Origin: Glycera tridactyla
Lineage: Eukaryota
Assembly (NCBI GenBank): GCA_965644265.1
Contig: OZ286462.1
Span: 51,460,001-51,524,000, forward strand
DNA: 64,000 bases
Direction of reading: 5' to 3'
Part shown: positions 50,809 through 61,899 of the stretch, piece by piece
How the letters are laid out: each line of letters begins with the position of its first letter
Numbering within the stretch: the first letter of the stretch is position 1
Notes under the pieces: generated by a model
The model's database searches: none
What the model was told of the DNA's origin: nothing
The model's input: the letters and a program-made list of their open reading frames with translations, nothing else
Made by a program: the position numbers and the translations under genes

Positions 50809-52534
50809 CTGGAATGATGTTATAGATCCTTACACACGAAGCAGTCCTTCCATTCTTGTCTGTATATCATCAGGATTCGGTTTGAGGAATGGAAATTTGG
50901 TCAGCAGTGGAGATCGACATCCAGGGATGACTGATGAGCGTCCGTCATTTGGCTCAGGACTTTGTTGAAGACTGTGGACAAGATGCAAATATCCACCGAA
51001 GTATGTTGCCGGAATCCTCAGCACATTCTTAGATCAGTCCGTCATCTCCATTGGACTATTGGAATAGTTCAATAATTTCACGCCAATACGTCAGACTCTC
51101 GTCTCCACAAGGATTGCCAAATTGCCAACAATTGTGATGCAACTGAACGTCACACCTAATTCACCATGCAGAATGAGGAGTTGAACAGCAGGGGGAAGAT
51201 ATTCATCCAGAACAAGGGTAGGGTGACAATTTTCCGAAATCATCAGATACCTGACGTTTGGATGAGGACTTGGTTGAAGATTGTGAACAATCTTCTGAGC
51301 TCGTCTTCACCTGTTGAGTACCGTCATCCGTATCATATTATGGAAGGGCCCGCCAATTTGGTAGACAAATTGTCATCAATTTTACAAGAATATATTCGCA
51401 GGAGTGGTAGGTTGTCAACAATCATTAACCATCCAGTGACAGTCTCGTATTGTTCAAGGATGTACTAAGTTCCCCTTTATGGTATTCAGTTCTGCAGAAA
51501 AACAATCGAAGCGCCTGAGAAAAATTTGACACCATTCGGCTGACCAACAATTGTGAGAACAATATTAGATATCTGACTAGCGGATCAGATTGCTGATGAT
51601 TGTGAGGATTTGGCATCACCTCAGTCACTTGGTAATAAGTCCACTTAGAAGGTAATCTTCCGCATGTGCATCCTTGTTGAGAGCATCACCCTTCTCATGT
51701 TCTCACATGGAGATTATCCCTTTAATACTCCACTTCTGGGAGCTCCGACATTCTCTCTGTATATCATGGACATATCCCACTACTCTCACACCAGTCTCGA
51801 AATGAAGCCTCACCGTGGCTCCATCAACCTGTGGTGCGGGTAGGTGTCTTCCTGCTGCACAATCAAATTCAATAGGCTTACACTCAATGTACCATTAGGC
51901 TGTGTTTGATGAGCAACTGCGCCCATTATAATACTTCCTGTACCACTTAGTACACTCGACATATGCTCACCAAACCCTGATTTAGTTAATATGAGGTGTG
52001 AGCTACTATATGGACTGATGCAACTATATGAAATGTCCTCCAATCTGAGAAATGCAAGATACTAGCTCAATTGGATAGATGGATGCTTGGGATTCAATGG
52101 ACGGGGAGAACAAGATTGTGAAGTGGAAGTAAAGTTTGCTTGTCTGTGACAATTATATTTCATATCAACATTGACACAGAGATCATATTATATGTTAACA
52201 TGGTCATACTTGAATATGGTTGATAGAGAAAAATATTTGGACAAAATATGCAGTTACTATCGATTATAAGAGTTAAATTTGAGAGAGAGGTAAAGAGGGG
52301 AAGAAAGATAGAAATAATAGAAACGATCATACGTAGTATAAGAATTTAGATGACATATATCACATCAACGGGTAGGAAGTATCACTTGACGCGTTTCCTG
52401 GAGACAATTTCAAAGAAAGACAACGAAACACAACAGTGCAAGACAGTAGGGAAAGAATTCCAAACTCCCAGCTGCGAACTGAGTACTACATCTTGCAATG
52501 TAGAGGTCTCCTCAAGCAGAGTGACGAGTGTCGT

Positions 52535-52814
52535 GGGAACTCCCATCACATACATATGTGAACATATAAGCTGAATGATCAAGTGGATTGTTCAGAGTTT
52601 TATACAGCTGTACACATACATAATGCTCTCTGATCTGATGTAAATATGGAATCTGGAGAATACTGATCTGCCACCCTCATCCACTCTATTCTCCAGATTC
52701 CATATTTACATCAGATCAGAGAGCATTATGTATGTGTACAGCTGTATGAATCTCTGAACAATCCACTTGATCATTCAGCTTATATGTTCACATATGTATG
52801 TGATGGGAGTTCCC
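52535..52814. repeat. Long palindrome: 128-bp arms and a 24-bp spacer
   Basis: 52535-52662 is the reverse complement of 52687-52814, with only 2 mismatches seen. Confidence 0.95.
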
Positions 52815-52899
52815 GCATCACTCGTCCTGCTCGTAGACAGTGATTCTAACTGGCCTGGAGTTGATCAGACTGTACAAGCCCAGTACCATCAACGAGAAA

Positions 52900-54400
52900 A
52901 TTGCCATCGGGAACCAAAGAGTGGATCAGTGCGTTATAGAGTTGCGCAGCACGATTGAGTGTCAGGAATTTCATAATTCTTTGTAGGGCATGTATCCCGA
53001 CAGTATATATATCCTCACAGTACATTGTTACACAATTGATTAGCTGGCCCATGATGTCTTTTCTGTTTGAATTGCATTTTGTCACTTGAGGACGAATCCC
53101 AAAGAAAACAATGTTACTTTCACTTACATTGGGTCATTTTCATTAGGACAAACCAGTTGGAAAGATCAGAAATGTCATGAGCAAGAGGAGCAATGAGTCC
53201 CTCTAATGGTACTGTCGTCTACATAGATGGCAGTATGATCAGCATATAACGATTTCTTCGTCTCGGGGAGACTGGATGGCAGGTCTTTCATATGAGCAAT
53301 GAACAAAAGGGGCCCAAAGATATATTTTAGGAGGACCCCATGTGTCGTCTCCCTTACTGAAGACAGATTATTGGTAATAGTGTGAAATCGACCCTTTAGG
53401 TAGGAGGCACACCAATTCACTGCATTTGGCATCGACGAATCATTTGTCCAGCTATATGGAATGATCAACTGTATCGATCAACATTTTCAGGTCTAGGAAT
53501 AGTACCCAGTATGCCGACTATCATCGGTAGAAGTATGTCTATCGTTTAAACGCAGTGATAAACAGGTACTGTTGAAGTCACCTTTCCTGAACCAAGATTG
53601 GCGCTCAGATAAAATATCATAGGCAGCGTATAAGCTATGGCTGTGTATGTATAAATCTCTCCATGAATTTGGGGAGAGCAGATGAAATAGAGATTGGCCA
53701 ATAGTTATTGCGTTCAGAAGTGTTGCCGCTCTTGAACAAAAGTTTGACACTGTTGGTCTATGAAACAGATAATCATTTTGTAGCTCATCATCAGTTGGAC
53801 ATTTCTTGGCTAGTAAGGGCCAAACATACGCAAAATGGTCATTAAACTTGGGATTTTCTTTGATCAGCTGTTACACTTCTTAGAGTGGGTGTCTCACAAG
53901 GAGTAAAAGTCAATGGCCTCGATTTCTCGATGATCGCCTTCGTTGCTATCCGAAATATTTGTGATGAGATTCTTTTTAAGGTTGACTTTTAAGCAATGTC
54001 AGATACGGTAAGCATCCTGTCGTAGTCGCAAATTCACAGGCTTCCTGGAACAATTCCACGATCTGGAAGATCAGTCACATTTCTTTATTCCTTGTCCATC
54101 CATGGGAGACCCCTGTTGTTCATCGTTCTGAGTTTTGCGGTAGCTAAATGATCCAGAGCACTGGAGAGAATATCTTCATAGCCTAAATGTCATGACGAGC
54201 ATCACCAACAATCTGTGAGCAATCGATTATATCAGAGAGATTGTCAGATGTCAGTTTATGATAGGTACATAGACGAGGTATAACTAAGCAGTCCCCGATT
54301 GCCGATGTATGGCAGTGCGAATATGATGCATATATCCGACAGACTTCTCCAGATATTGAGAAGGATACACCTTTATATTTGTGACCATTCTTCACAATTC
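52900..54400 (-). mobile_element. Degenerate non-LTR retrotransposon (RT region)
   Basis: ORF 53175-53468 reads NWCASYLKGR..HGV..IFGPLLFIAHMKDLP..SLYADHTAIY. The boundaries are approximate. Confidence 0.7.
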
Positions 54401-54699
54401 GATGCAATTCAATCGGGATCGCCATTCTATTTTGATATTACTCTTCAGATATTTCAATTCTCTCATATCATCCAAAGAAACTCGAAAAATAATATTCCAT
54501 CACTAATGAATGAGCCGGTCGAGCTATTTCTCTGAGATGAAGTATTTCATCGGTCTAGACACCTCACTTTGCACATCTGTGAAGCATCCGGGGAGAACTG
54601 TGTTTGACAGACATGTAGTATTCTCCCGTGTACCTGTTACTAAAATATATGACACACAAAATGGTATTATATTCTTTCTCTTTTCATTCTTCTTTCATT

Positions 54700-55160
54700 C
54701 TTTCTCCCAAATGGACCGCCGTCCATCCATCTTCCTTTCCATTATTGATCGCCGTCCATCCATTCTCATTACTGAGATCACCTCCCACCCGTAGTTCTCT
54801 CCATCCACAAGTTCCTCCCAATATGGACTGTTGTCCATCCATCGTGCCTTCCAGTATGGATCGCTCTCTTGTATTAGTACATTCATATATGAAAACATAA
54901 GCAAGCAGAACCGGCCAGTGCATCATTGGTTCATGTATTCTGAATATTCGTAAGAGAATTCCCTTTTTCTCGACCCATTATCTGCATGAGTTTTATCGGC
55001 TTAGATTGAACATTGGGTCTAGAGACAATGAGCCATGAAGTGATCTGGATAATTGTCAAGATAATATTCGCATGTATGATTTGTTATCCACTAGGTTGTC
55101 TTCATTCAGCAAATCAAGTAATGCATATGAATTTTATAATAGATTCCCCAACCACTGCTA
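54700..55160. repeat. Duplicated block homologous to 59610-60070 (5' flank of gene 9), with CCGTCCATCC subrepeats
   Basis: Shared strings CATTGGTTCATGT.TTCTGAATATTC, GGTCTAGAGACA and TTCGCATG occur in the same order in both copies. Confidence 0.75.
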
Positions 55161-55344
55161 CATATAATTGGGCGCTAACATGTGTGTATATTGTACTTTG
55201 GACTGCTTTCAGGAAATGTTCAAGGAAGTAGGAGAGTCTCATACCACAGTTTAATCAAGTGTGTAATGATTGCTTCACTAGGCGGATGTGGGGATGATTG
55301 AATTATTCGGGAGATGGATTTTGAGGAGTACTAGACGTCACATA

Positions 55345-55524
55345 NNNNNNNNNNNNNNNNNNNNNNNNNNNNNNNNNNNNNNNNNNNNNNNNNNNNNNNN
55401 NNNNNNNNNNNNNNNNNNNNNNNNNNNNNNNNNNNNNNNNNNNNNNNNNNNNNNNNNNNNNNNNNNNNNNNNNNNNNNNNNNNNNNNNNNNNNNNNNNNN
55501 NNNNNNNNNNNNNNNNNNNNNNNN
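55345..55524. other. Assembly gap (180 N)
   Basis: Run of N. Confidence 1.
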
Positions 55525-56199
55525 GACAATGTCGGATCAGGTGACCTGGTTCGATGAGTGGAGTGGTTCATGGAAGGCATTAGTTGAATTTCGCAATGCC
55601 ATGTTGAGCTTCCTCGTATAAATAATCTGATCCTACCCATATACATTGCATCAGTGTCTCCAGGTCGTCCAGCTGTTGATGGAACACAATATTTCTCACC
55701 TGTGTCAATCTCTCTTCATTTCCAGGAGTTGAAGACGATTGCATAAAGCAATTGCAGCAAATTATGTTAAACAATTTATTCCAGATACAGGCTGATTATG
55801 AATATGTGACATGTCTGCAGATACCCATCACATCTATGATGCTAAGTAAGGATGAGAGCATGGAATGAAGATGATCAAGCTTTATATTTGCTCTTTAACC
55901 CATATACAGGCGTGTCTGAATTGTATTAAACATATACAAGATACTATAAGTATGTACACTATAACAAGGAAATATCACACAATGATATAGCCTGTCCTGA
56001 AGGAACAAGGTAATATGAACATTTACTGATTCCATGGATATTCAAGTTCTTCCTTGAAGGCAGAGGGGAGTTGGACTGTACCAGTAAATAGCTGTATTGA
56101 TATCAACCAAAATTGGTAGACTCCATATTTCTTTCAAAAAAGATCTGGATCAATCTACCGAGTATGATTCACAAGACATGAAACACTGACACTGCCTTT

Positions 56200-56760
56200 C
56201 ATTGAAAGTATGATGGTCACTCCTTATAATTGTAACTATCATGGACACTCTTTATGATTGCTGTTGGGCACTCTCTACTATCATGTGTATATTTAACACT
56301 CTTTTTGTTCTTGGGATGGACTACTATTGTTGTGAATATATTGTACACCCCCTATCATAGTAAGTATATTGGACACTCCCAATGGTTGTAAGTATATGGA
56401 CACTTCATATTATTGTAAGTACATTGGACACCCCTATCATCGGTAGTATGATGGTGAGTTCTCATTGTCGTAAGGATGATAGACACCCCTTATTATTGTA
56501 AGTATGATGGACACTCCCTATGGTCGTAAGTATACTGTCACGCCTTGTCATTTTGAGTATGCTCGACACCCTTTATAATTGTAAGTATAATGCCCTTCCT
56601 TGATTTTGTGAGTATAATGGACACTGCCTTTTTCCAAGTATATTGGACACCCCATGACAATCACTCTGGTCCAATGAAAGTACAGTCTACCCTCCTCATT
56701 ATTGTAACTATTATGGACACTCCTTATCACTTTGGATAAGGTGACTACTGTCCATTATTG
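56200..56760. repeat. Degenerate minisatellite (~28-30-bp unit, GTAAGTAT..TGGACAC.CC)
   Basis: GTAAGTAT and GGACAC(T/C)CC motifs recur at short, roughly regular spacing. Confidence 0.7.
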
Positions 56761-56829
56761 TGATCAAACCTTATTCATACTTCCTCGTAACTGAACGGAG
56801 CAGTTTCCATAGGCTACAGTGAGTATGTT

Positions 56830-58080
56830 ACAGATAACAGATAACAGATAACAGATACTTTATTTAAATTCTCGAGACACAGAAAGTTGCCTATATTAAC
56901 TGGGCACGAGAGCAGATGAGTAACAGGCGATATAAATTGTAACAATTCCATTTTTACCAGTATATAATCAGTATAGAGTCACTCGTATCACATTTATAAC
57001 ACAGGTTACTCAAGAGTGATCAATCCGTAGGGCATAATTCATGTGAATAAATCAAGCAGTCAATAGAAAGCCGTCAAAAAACATCACAAATATTATACGT
57101 AATAACACCTTGCCGTTTTAAATTTAGAGTTATTCTCAATGAGCGAGACCAGATATTGTGAGCAATTGAGCAAATGAACATATCGTAAATGTCAAGAGTT
57201 GCTCTTCAAAGATGTTTATTCAGAATCAAGTATTCACGCAGTTTGCATTTAAATGATGCAGTCGAAATTGCATCCATCAATGGAGTAGGTCTTTCATTCC
57301 ATGCCTTGATTGCTCTGGATATGAAAGAGGACTTCCCTTTCTCAGTCCTGTGCCTCGGGACTATCAAATTACCTCTCGTTAATGCTCGTGTTCTACCATA
57401 CTCTCTACCATATTCTGGCACATAAAGTGAAACTTGTTTAATTAAATTTTCGGAAGTTTCGCCACGTCTAACCTTGTACATCTCTAATAATAACTGGCGT
57501 TCCCTGATCAATGCTGGAGGGTAAAGATTGTTCATTGATAGCATTTCTTCCATGGAGACTGAGAAGTCTGACATAGTTACCACCCGTAACAGATCCCGAT
57601 ATGCTCTGTCCAGGCTCTGAAGTACAGAGGCACTAGCACCACCATAAATAACGTTTCCATAGTTCACACTACTCAATATGATTGACAGGGCTATTTGTCT
57701 GGCAGAGGCCAGGTTAATCAATCTTCTCACCCTCTTTAATTGCCACGTTCTAGCCCGTAGTTTGCCGATAACAGATTCCACATAGGGCTTATAAGTCAAA
57801 TGGCTGTCTAGCACAACACCAAGATATTTGAAATTAGACTTTTGCTCTAAATTTAGCACTTCACCAAGACACGTGTCTGGAGCTAGTTGTGTATTGAGTC
57901 TCTGACGTGTGCCAAAGAGTACACAACAGGATTTCGTTAAATTTACACTCAGTCTTTTACTTTTGAAAAATTTCTCCAGTTTTTTCATATCATGCAAAAG
58001 TCTTTGGCCGATCACGTCGACATTCTTGTGCGATACAAAAATGGCGGTGTCGTCGGCATACATTGATACTGTCGAAACAC
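56830..58080 (-). mobile_element. 5'-truncated CR1/L2-group LINE with an uninterrupted ORF2 C-terminus and a (TATCTGT)4 tail
   Basis: ORF 57206-58087 reads MYADDTAIFV..LSVNLTKS..FGTRQRL..FKYLGVVLDSHL..SFISRAIKAWN. A 3' UTR follows, then the tandem tail ACAGATA x4 at 56830-56857 on the plus strand. Confidence 0.9.
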
Positions 58081-58234
58081 TTGCCAACTACTACACCAAA
58101 CGCACTTCATCATATCATCATTATCTCACTAAGTCTCGTTGCATTGGCTTCTCAGTATGGCACCAGTGCCACTTAAAAATGAAGCAACGAATTTAATCGA
58201 CGTCTTCTGCTCAGATATAACTCTCGCTGACAGT

Positions 58235-59287
58235 TTAGGAAATGAATGTATTAGTGACAGATTCATTCATTCTAGTCGCGATCTCGACCCGACTGGCCTG
58301 ACTCCTACAGAGGATGACCAGGAAGGCTCGGCGAAATTGCTTGCTTCTCCAACAGAAGATCAAGGGATTGGCGGCACAATTGATATTCCACAGAAACAGT
58401 AGGGGCTGGGAATAATGAAAATAAGTGTCCATATCGAGATAACTGGCTGTGACAAGAGTGAGTGCTATTGTATAGGGTAGGGTGCAGACAATATATACCC
58501 CTATCACGCATGCACCCATCTTGAAGATTTTCATGCCATTTGAAGTGATGGCCATTTTAACTCCTACGGGATGTACAACCATAAGGTTTCTCCGGCGTGC
58601 AACCCGAAAGACGTAGCCATACGTCCAAGCAAGCGTGATGTATATGTTCCAGATGAGGAAGGCAATCATTACCTGCCAATACCAGCCACTCGGAATCTCT
58701 GGAGTACACGGATTGGGTGACAAAAAAGAGAGGTCTGTCCCAACCAGGACCAAGGTACCAATCCAGACAGAAGCAACAGCAAAGTATAGTCTTTTCCCTG
58801 TGATATACAGATGATACTTCAAGGGGAATATTATAAACATGAATCTTTCGAATGCTATCAAAGCGACTCCGAACATATTGCCGGAAGCTGAGCATTCCAG
58901 AAAGAATGCATATATCCTACAACATGCCTCGGCCACCCTCTCTGACTGGCCCCAGTCATAGTTTATGACAATAACTAAGACAGAGAGAGGTTGTGACAGG
59001 ATATCAGAGATTGCCAAGTGGACAATAAGGATGTTGGACAAGGTCTGTAAGTTCTGAAACTTGGCAATAGCATAAACCGTCAGTAAATTGCCAAGAAGGG
59101 AGAAAAGGCCCAAGACAACTCGCGCTGTAATAAAAAAATCCAGCATAAAAGGCTTGAATGATTCAGTGATGTTACTACTGTTAGCCTCGATGTCTGATCC
59201 AGTCTGTGATGATAGGTGATCCATGAGCACCAGGCAGATGATTCCTATCCTAGCAATGACTGACCATTCCAATATATCAGAATTCAT
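58235..59287 (-). CDS. Intronless class A GPCR (array gene 9), 350 aa (329 aa if initiated at the ATG at 59222-59224)
   Basis: 7TM pattern; LGN, LAISD, CCR, AFERF, TLPY, NPLIF, FRRAF. The second Met gives an N-terminus closer in length to the paralogs. Confidence 0.93.
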   Translation of the reverse strand: MNSDILEWSVIARIGIICLVLMDHLSSQTGSDIEANSSNITESFKPFMLDFFITARVVLGLFSLLGNLLTVYAIAKFQNLQTLSNILIVHLAISDILSQPLSVLVIVINYDWGQSERVAEACCRIYAFFLECSASGNMFGVALIAFERFMFIIFPLKYHLYITGKRLYFAVASVWIGTLVLVGTDLSFLSPNPCTPEIPSGWYWQVMIAFLIWNIYITLAWTYGYVFRVARRRNLMVVHPVGVKMAITSNGMKIFKMGACVIGVYIVCTLPYTIALTLVTASYLDMDTYFHYSQPLLFLWNINCAANPLIFCWRSKQFRRAFLVILCRSQASRVEIATRMNESVTNTFIS

Positions 59288-60203
59288 ACAAAATCCAGCT
59301 TGTCAGTAACATCTGCTGCATCATGACCTGTGAATTGACATAGAATAATCCTTCCAAGCGACGGACAATTGGATTCCCATGCAAGTACACTGCATATAAT
59401 CCAACACTGCCATACACAATGAGCGCTCTTTCTTTGAATCAGTGGTTCTCTGTCCGCGTATGGCTTTGTACAATCACGTACAGGTGTATATGTCAAATAT
59501 GTACAGGTGCATATGTAGTGAATACACTTACCTGTTTGACCTACCTCTCACATTTCATTTCCAGACATATGACCAGTCTCGATGCGGCGGATGTTTGCAC
59601 TCTGACATTTTCTCATCCAATATGCTTCACCATCCACCCATTCGTTCTTCCAATTTGGATCACCGACATCATCCATCCTTCTTTTCCTATCGGTCGCCTT
59701 CCATCCATTCTTCATTCTCATATGGATCACCGTCCATCCATCCATTTTCCCTATTTAGACCGAATTTCATTTATAATCCCCTCTAATATGGAGCTCTGTC
59801 CATCCATCTATAATTCGTTCCAGTAAGGGTCGCCTTTCACCAGTAGTATAATAATATACGAAACCATCATGATCATTGGTTCATGTGTTCTGAATATTCA
59901 TGAGAGAATTCTCATTTTCTAAACCTGATATTTCCATGAATTTTCCCTCCAGTCAAGAAGAAACATTAGGTCTAGAGACATTGAGCTGTGAAGCGATTTG
60001 ATTGACTGTTAAGATTATTTTCGCATGCGCAATTCTTCCGATAGGTTATGTTCATCTGGTGAATCAACTAACGTGTTTGAATTTCTGTATCAGACTTTCA
60101 TCAAGTTTTCTCCGGATGTTACACTAGGCGTATGTGGTATGGTTGAAATGCCCGGGACATTTATCTTGGATGGATGGATGGATAAACACACAGATGAACA
60201 AAC

Positions 60204-60416
60204 NNNNNNNNNNNNNNNNNNNNNNNNNNNNNNNNNNNNNNNNNNNNNNNNNNNNNNNNNNNNNNNNNNNNNNNNNNNNNNNNNNNNNNNNNNNNNNNNN
60301 NNNNNNNNNNNNNNNNNNNNNNNNNNNNNNNNNNNNNNNNNNNNNNNNNNNNNNNNNNNNNNNNNNNNNNNNNNNNNNNNNNNNNNNNNNNNNNNNNNNN
60401 NNNNNNNNNNNNNNNN
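60204..60416. other. Assembly gap (213 N)
   Basis: Run of N. Confidence 1.
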
Positions 60417-61899
60417 AATCTATAAAAATCATATCACCATTCTAGTGAACAGAGAGAGGCATTGCTGCTCAAAAAGTACTTTGCAGACATCGGATTGAAA
60501 TAAGATACTTCTTGACATGAAATCACACTTGGAGATTTATTCATTTTCCAGAGACTCGAATAATGCTTGAAGATCGATTGCAAGGTGAATTTCCCTGCAG
60601 ACCGATTGTTTGGTGAGATATTCATACATGGAAATATGATATATACTTTTCGAAATTATCAACACCTGAGCAAACATGAAACTGTGGTGGGATTGCATTT
60701 GATAATTTAGCTTCTTGAACAAAAACACTATTGGCAGCAAAGAAGGTACGTCTCCGGCAAATTTCTAGATCATTCCCATATGTTTGTCTGGCACTTTTGG
60801 GCGAAATAAAGGACCTTAATGCATCCTATATTCAATCTTATGGTCATTATCTGTACTTAGGTCTTTGGCGAGCTCATAACTTTCAACGACTAACTGCTGT
60901 TGTTGCTAGTTGTCATTACATGGTACACATTAGGCATGATGATAGTCTGTTGTCCATGGGTTATATATCTCAATGGAATATCTCACACCTGAGATACTCG
61001 AGATTGCACCAGGAGCGGAGAAGGAGTTAGGTGAAATCAGAATTACTTGCATTTGATTGACAGATCTGAACAAGAATCGAGGTGATGAGGTATGAAGAGG
61101 AACCAAGCTTTGTATTCTATGAGCCAGAAGTAGATGAGAACTCACAGAACAATAGATCTCTGGGCCAGATACCTGGGCATACAATAATGACAGCTGAGGT
61201 CGAGAGTGATGGTTTTTATGTGAGTGAAAGTAGCTTTCATGCGTGTGGAGACCTGTCTAGAATGATGAAGGTCTGTCAATGCGTGTGTTCTGTTTTACCT
61301 CTCTGAGAAGCCCGTAAACATATAAAAATGACCACGGAAGAACAGGGGAGGCAGATCATCTCTGGACGTGCCTGCAGACTGGTCAAGACGCTGATGCATC
61401 TGCCTTCCACGCTCTCCCCACCGGCCTTGTATTATTCTCGTTTCTGTGTGAATGAAGGAGACTTCATGGACTTCGTTGTTGCTTAATTGTAGCATGCTGG
61501 AATCATCATGTGAAATATGAGACCTCAAGAAGCACTTTACACCTCAATGAAGCCTGGAACCTGGTTGAATACCCAATGTCTCATATTCAGATCCATGAGG
61601 ATCCCTGGGAATTCTTGCATAGCTGTCAAGGAGGTAGCTAACTACAACCACGGACTGAGTCATGCTACAACACAAAAACCCTCAGAAGTGAAGGAGAAAT
61701 TTATTATATACACATGTAGTATCCCAGTCGACAGCACTGGTCGAGGAAATCATCTATCACGATCAATTAAGCGCACAGATACACAGCAAAATGAACTCTC
61801 AGATACACAGATCAACATCTAACAGATCGAATCTTGAGATACATGCCAGTTTTGCCACGATGCTCTGAGACACCTATTTTGCAGCATTTGTAGTCAGTA

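Noticed and set aside
50830-51024. In-frame upstream ORF as a lost ectodomain of gene 8
   Set aside because: It is separated from the gene by TAA at 50830-50832, bounded by another stop ~67 codons up, has no ATG start in the ORF track (GTG), and has no recognisable domain. The paralogs do not keep an equivalent open frame.
5666-59287. Assignment of these genes as aminergic, adenosine or opsin receptors with gene symbols
   Set aside because: There is no D3.32 (the acidic residue is at 3.33 and variable), no W6.48, and no opsin Lys in TM7. Generic motif similarity does not justify a name.
55288-60498. ORFs containing long X runs
   Set aside because: They are artefacts of translating across the N gaps.
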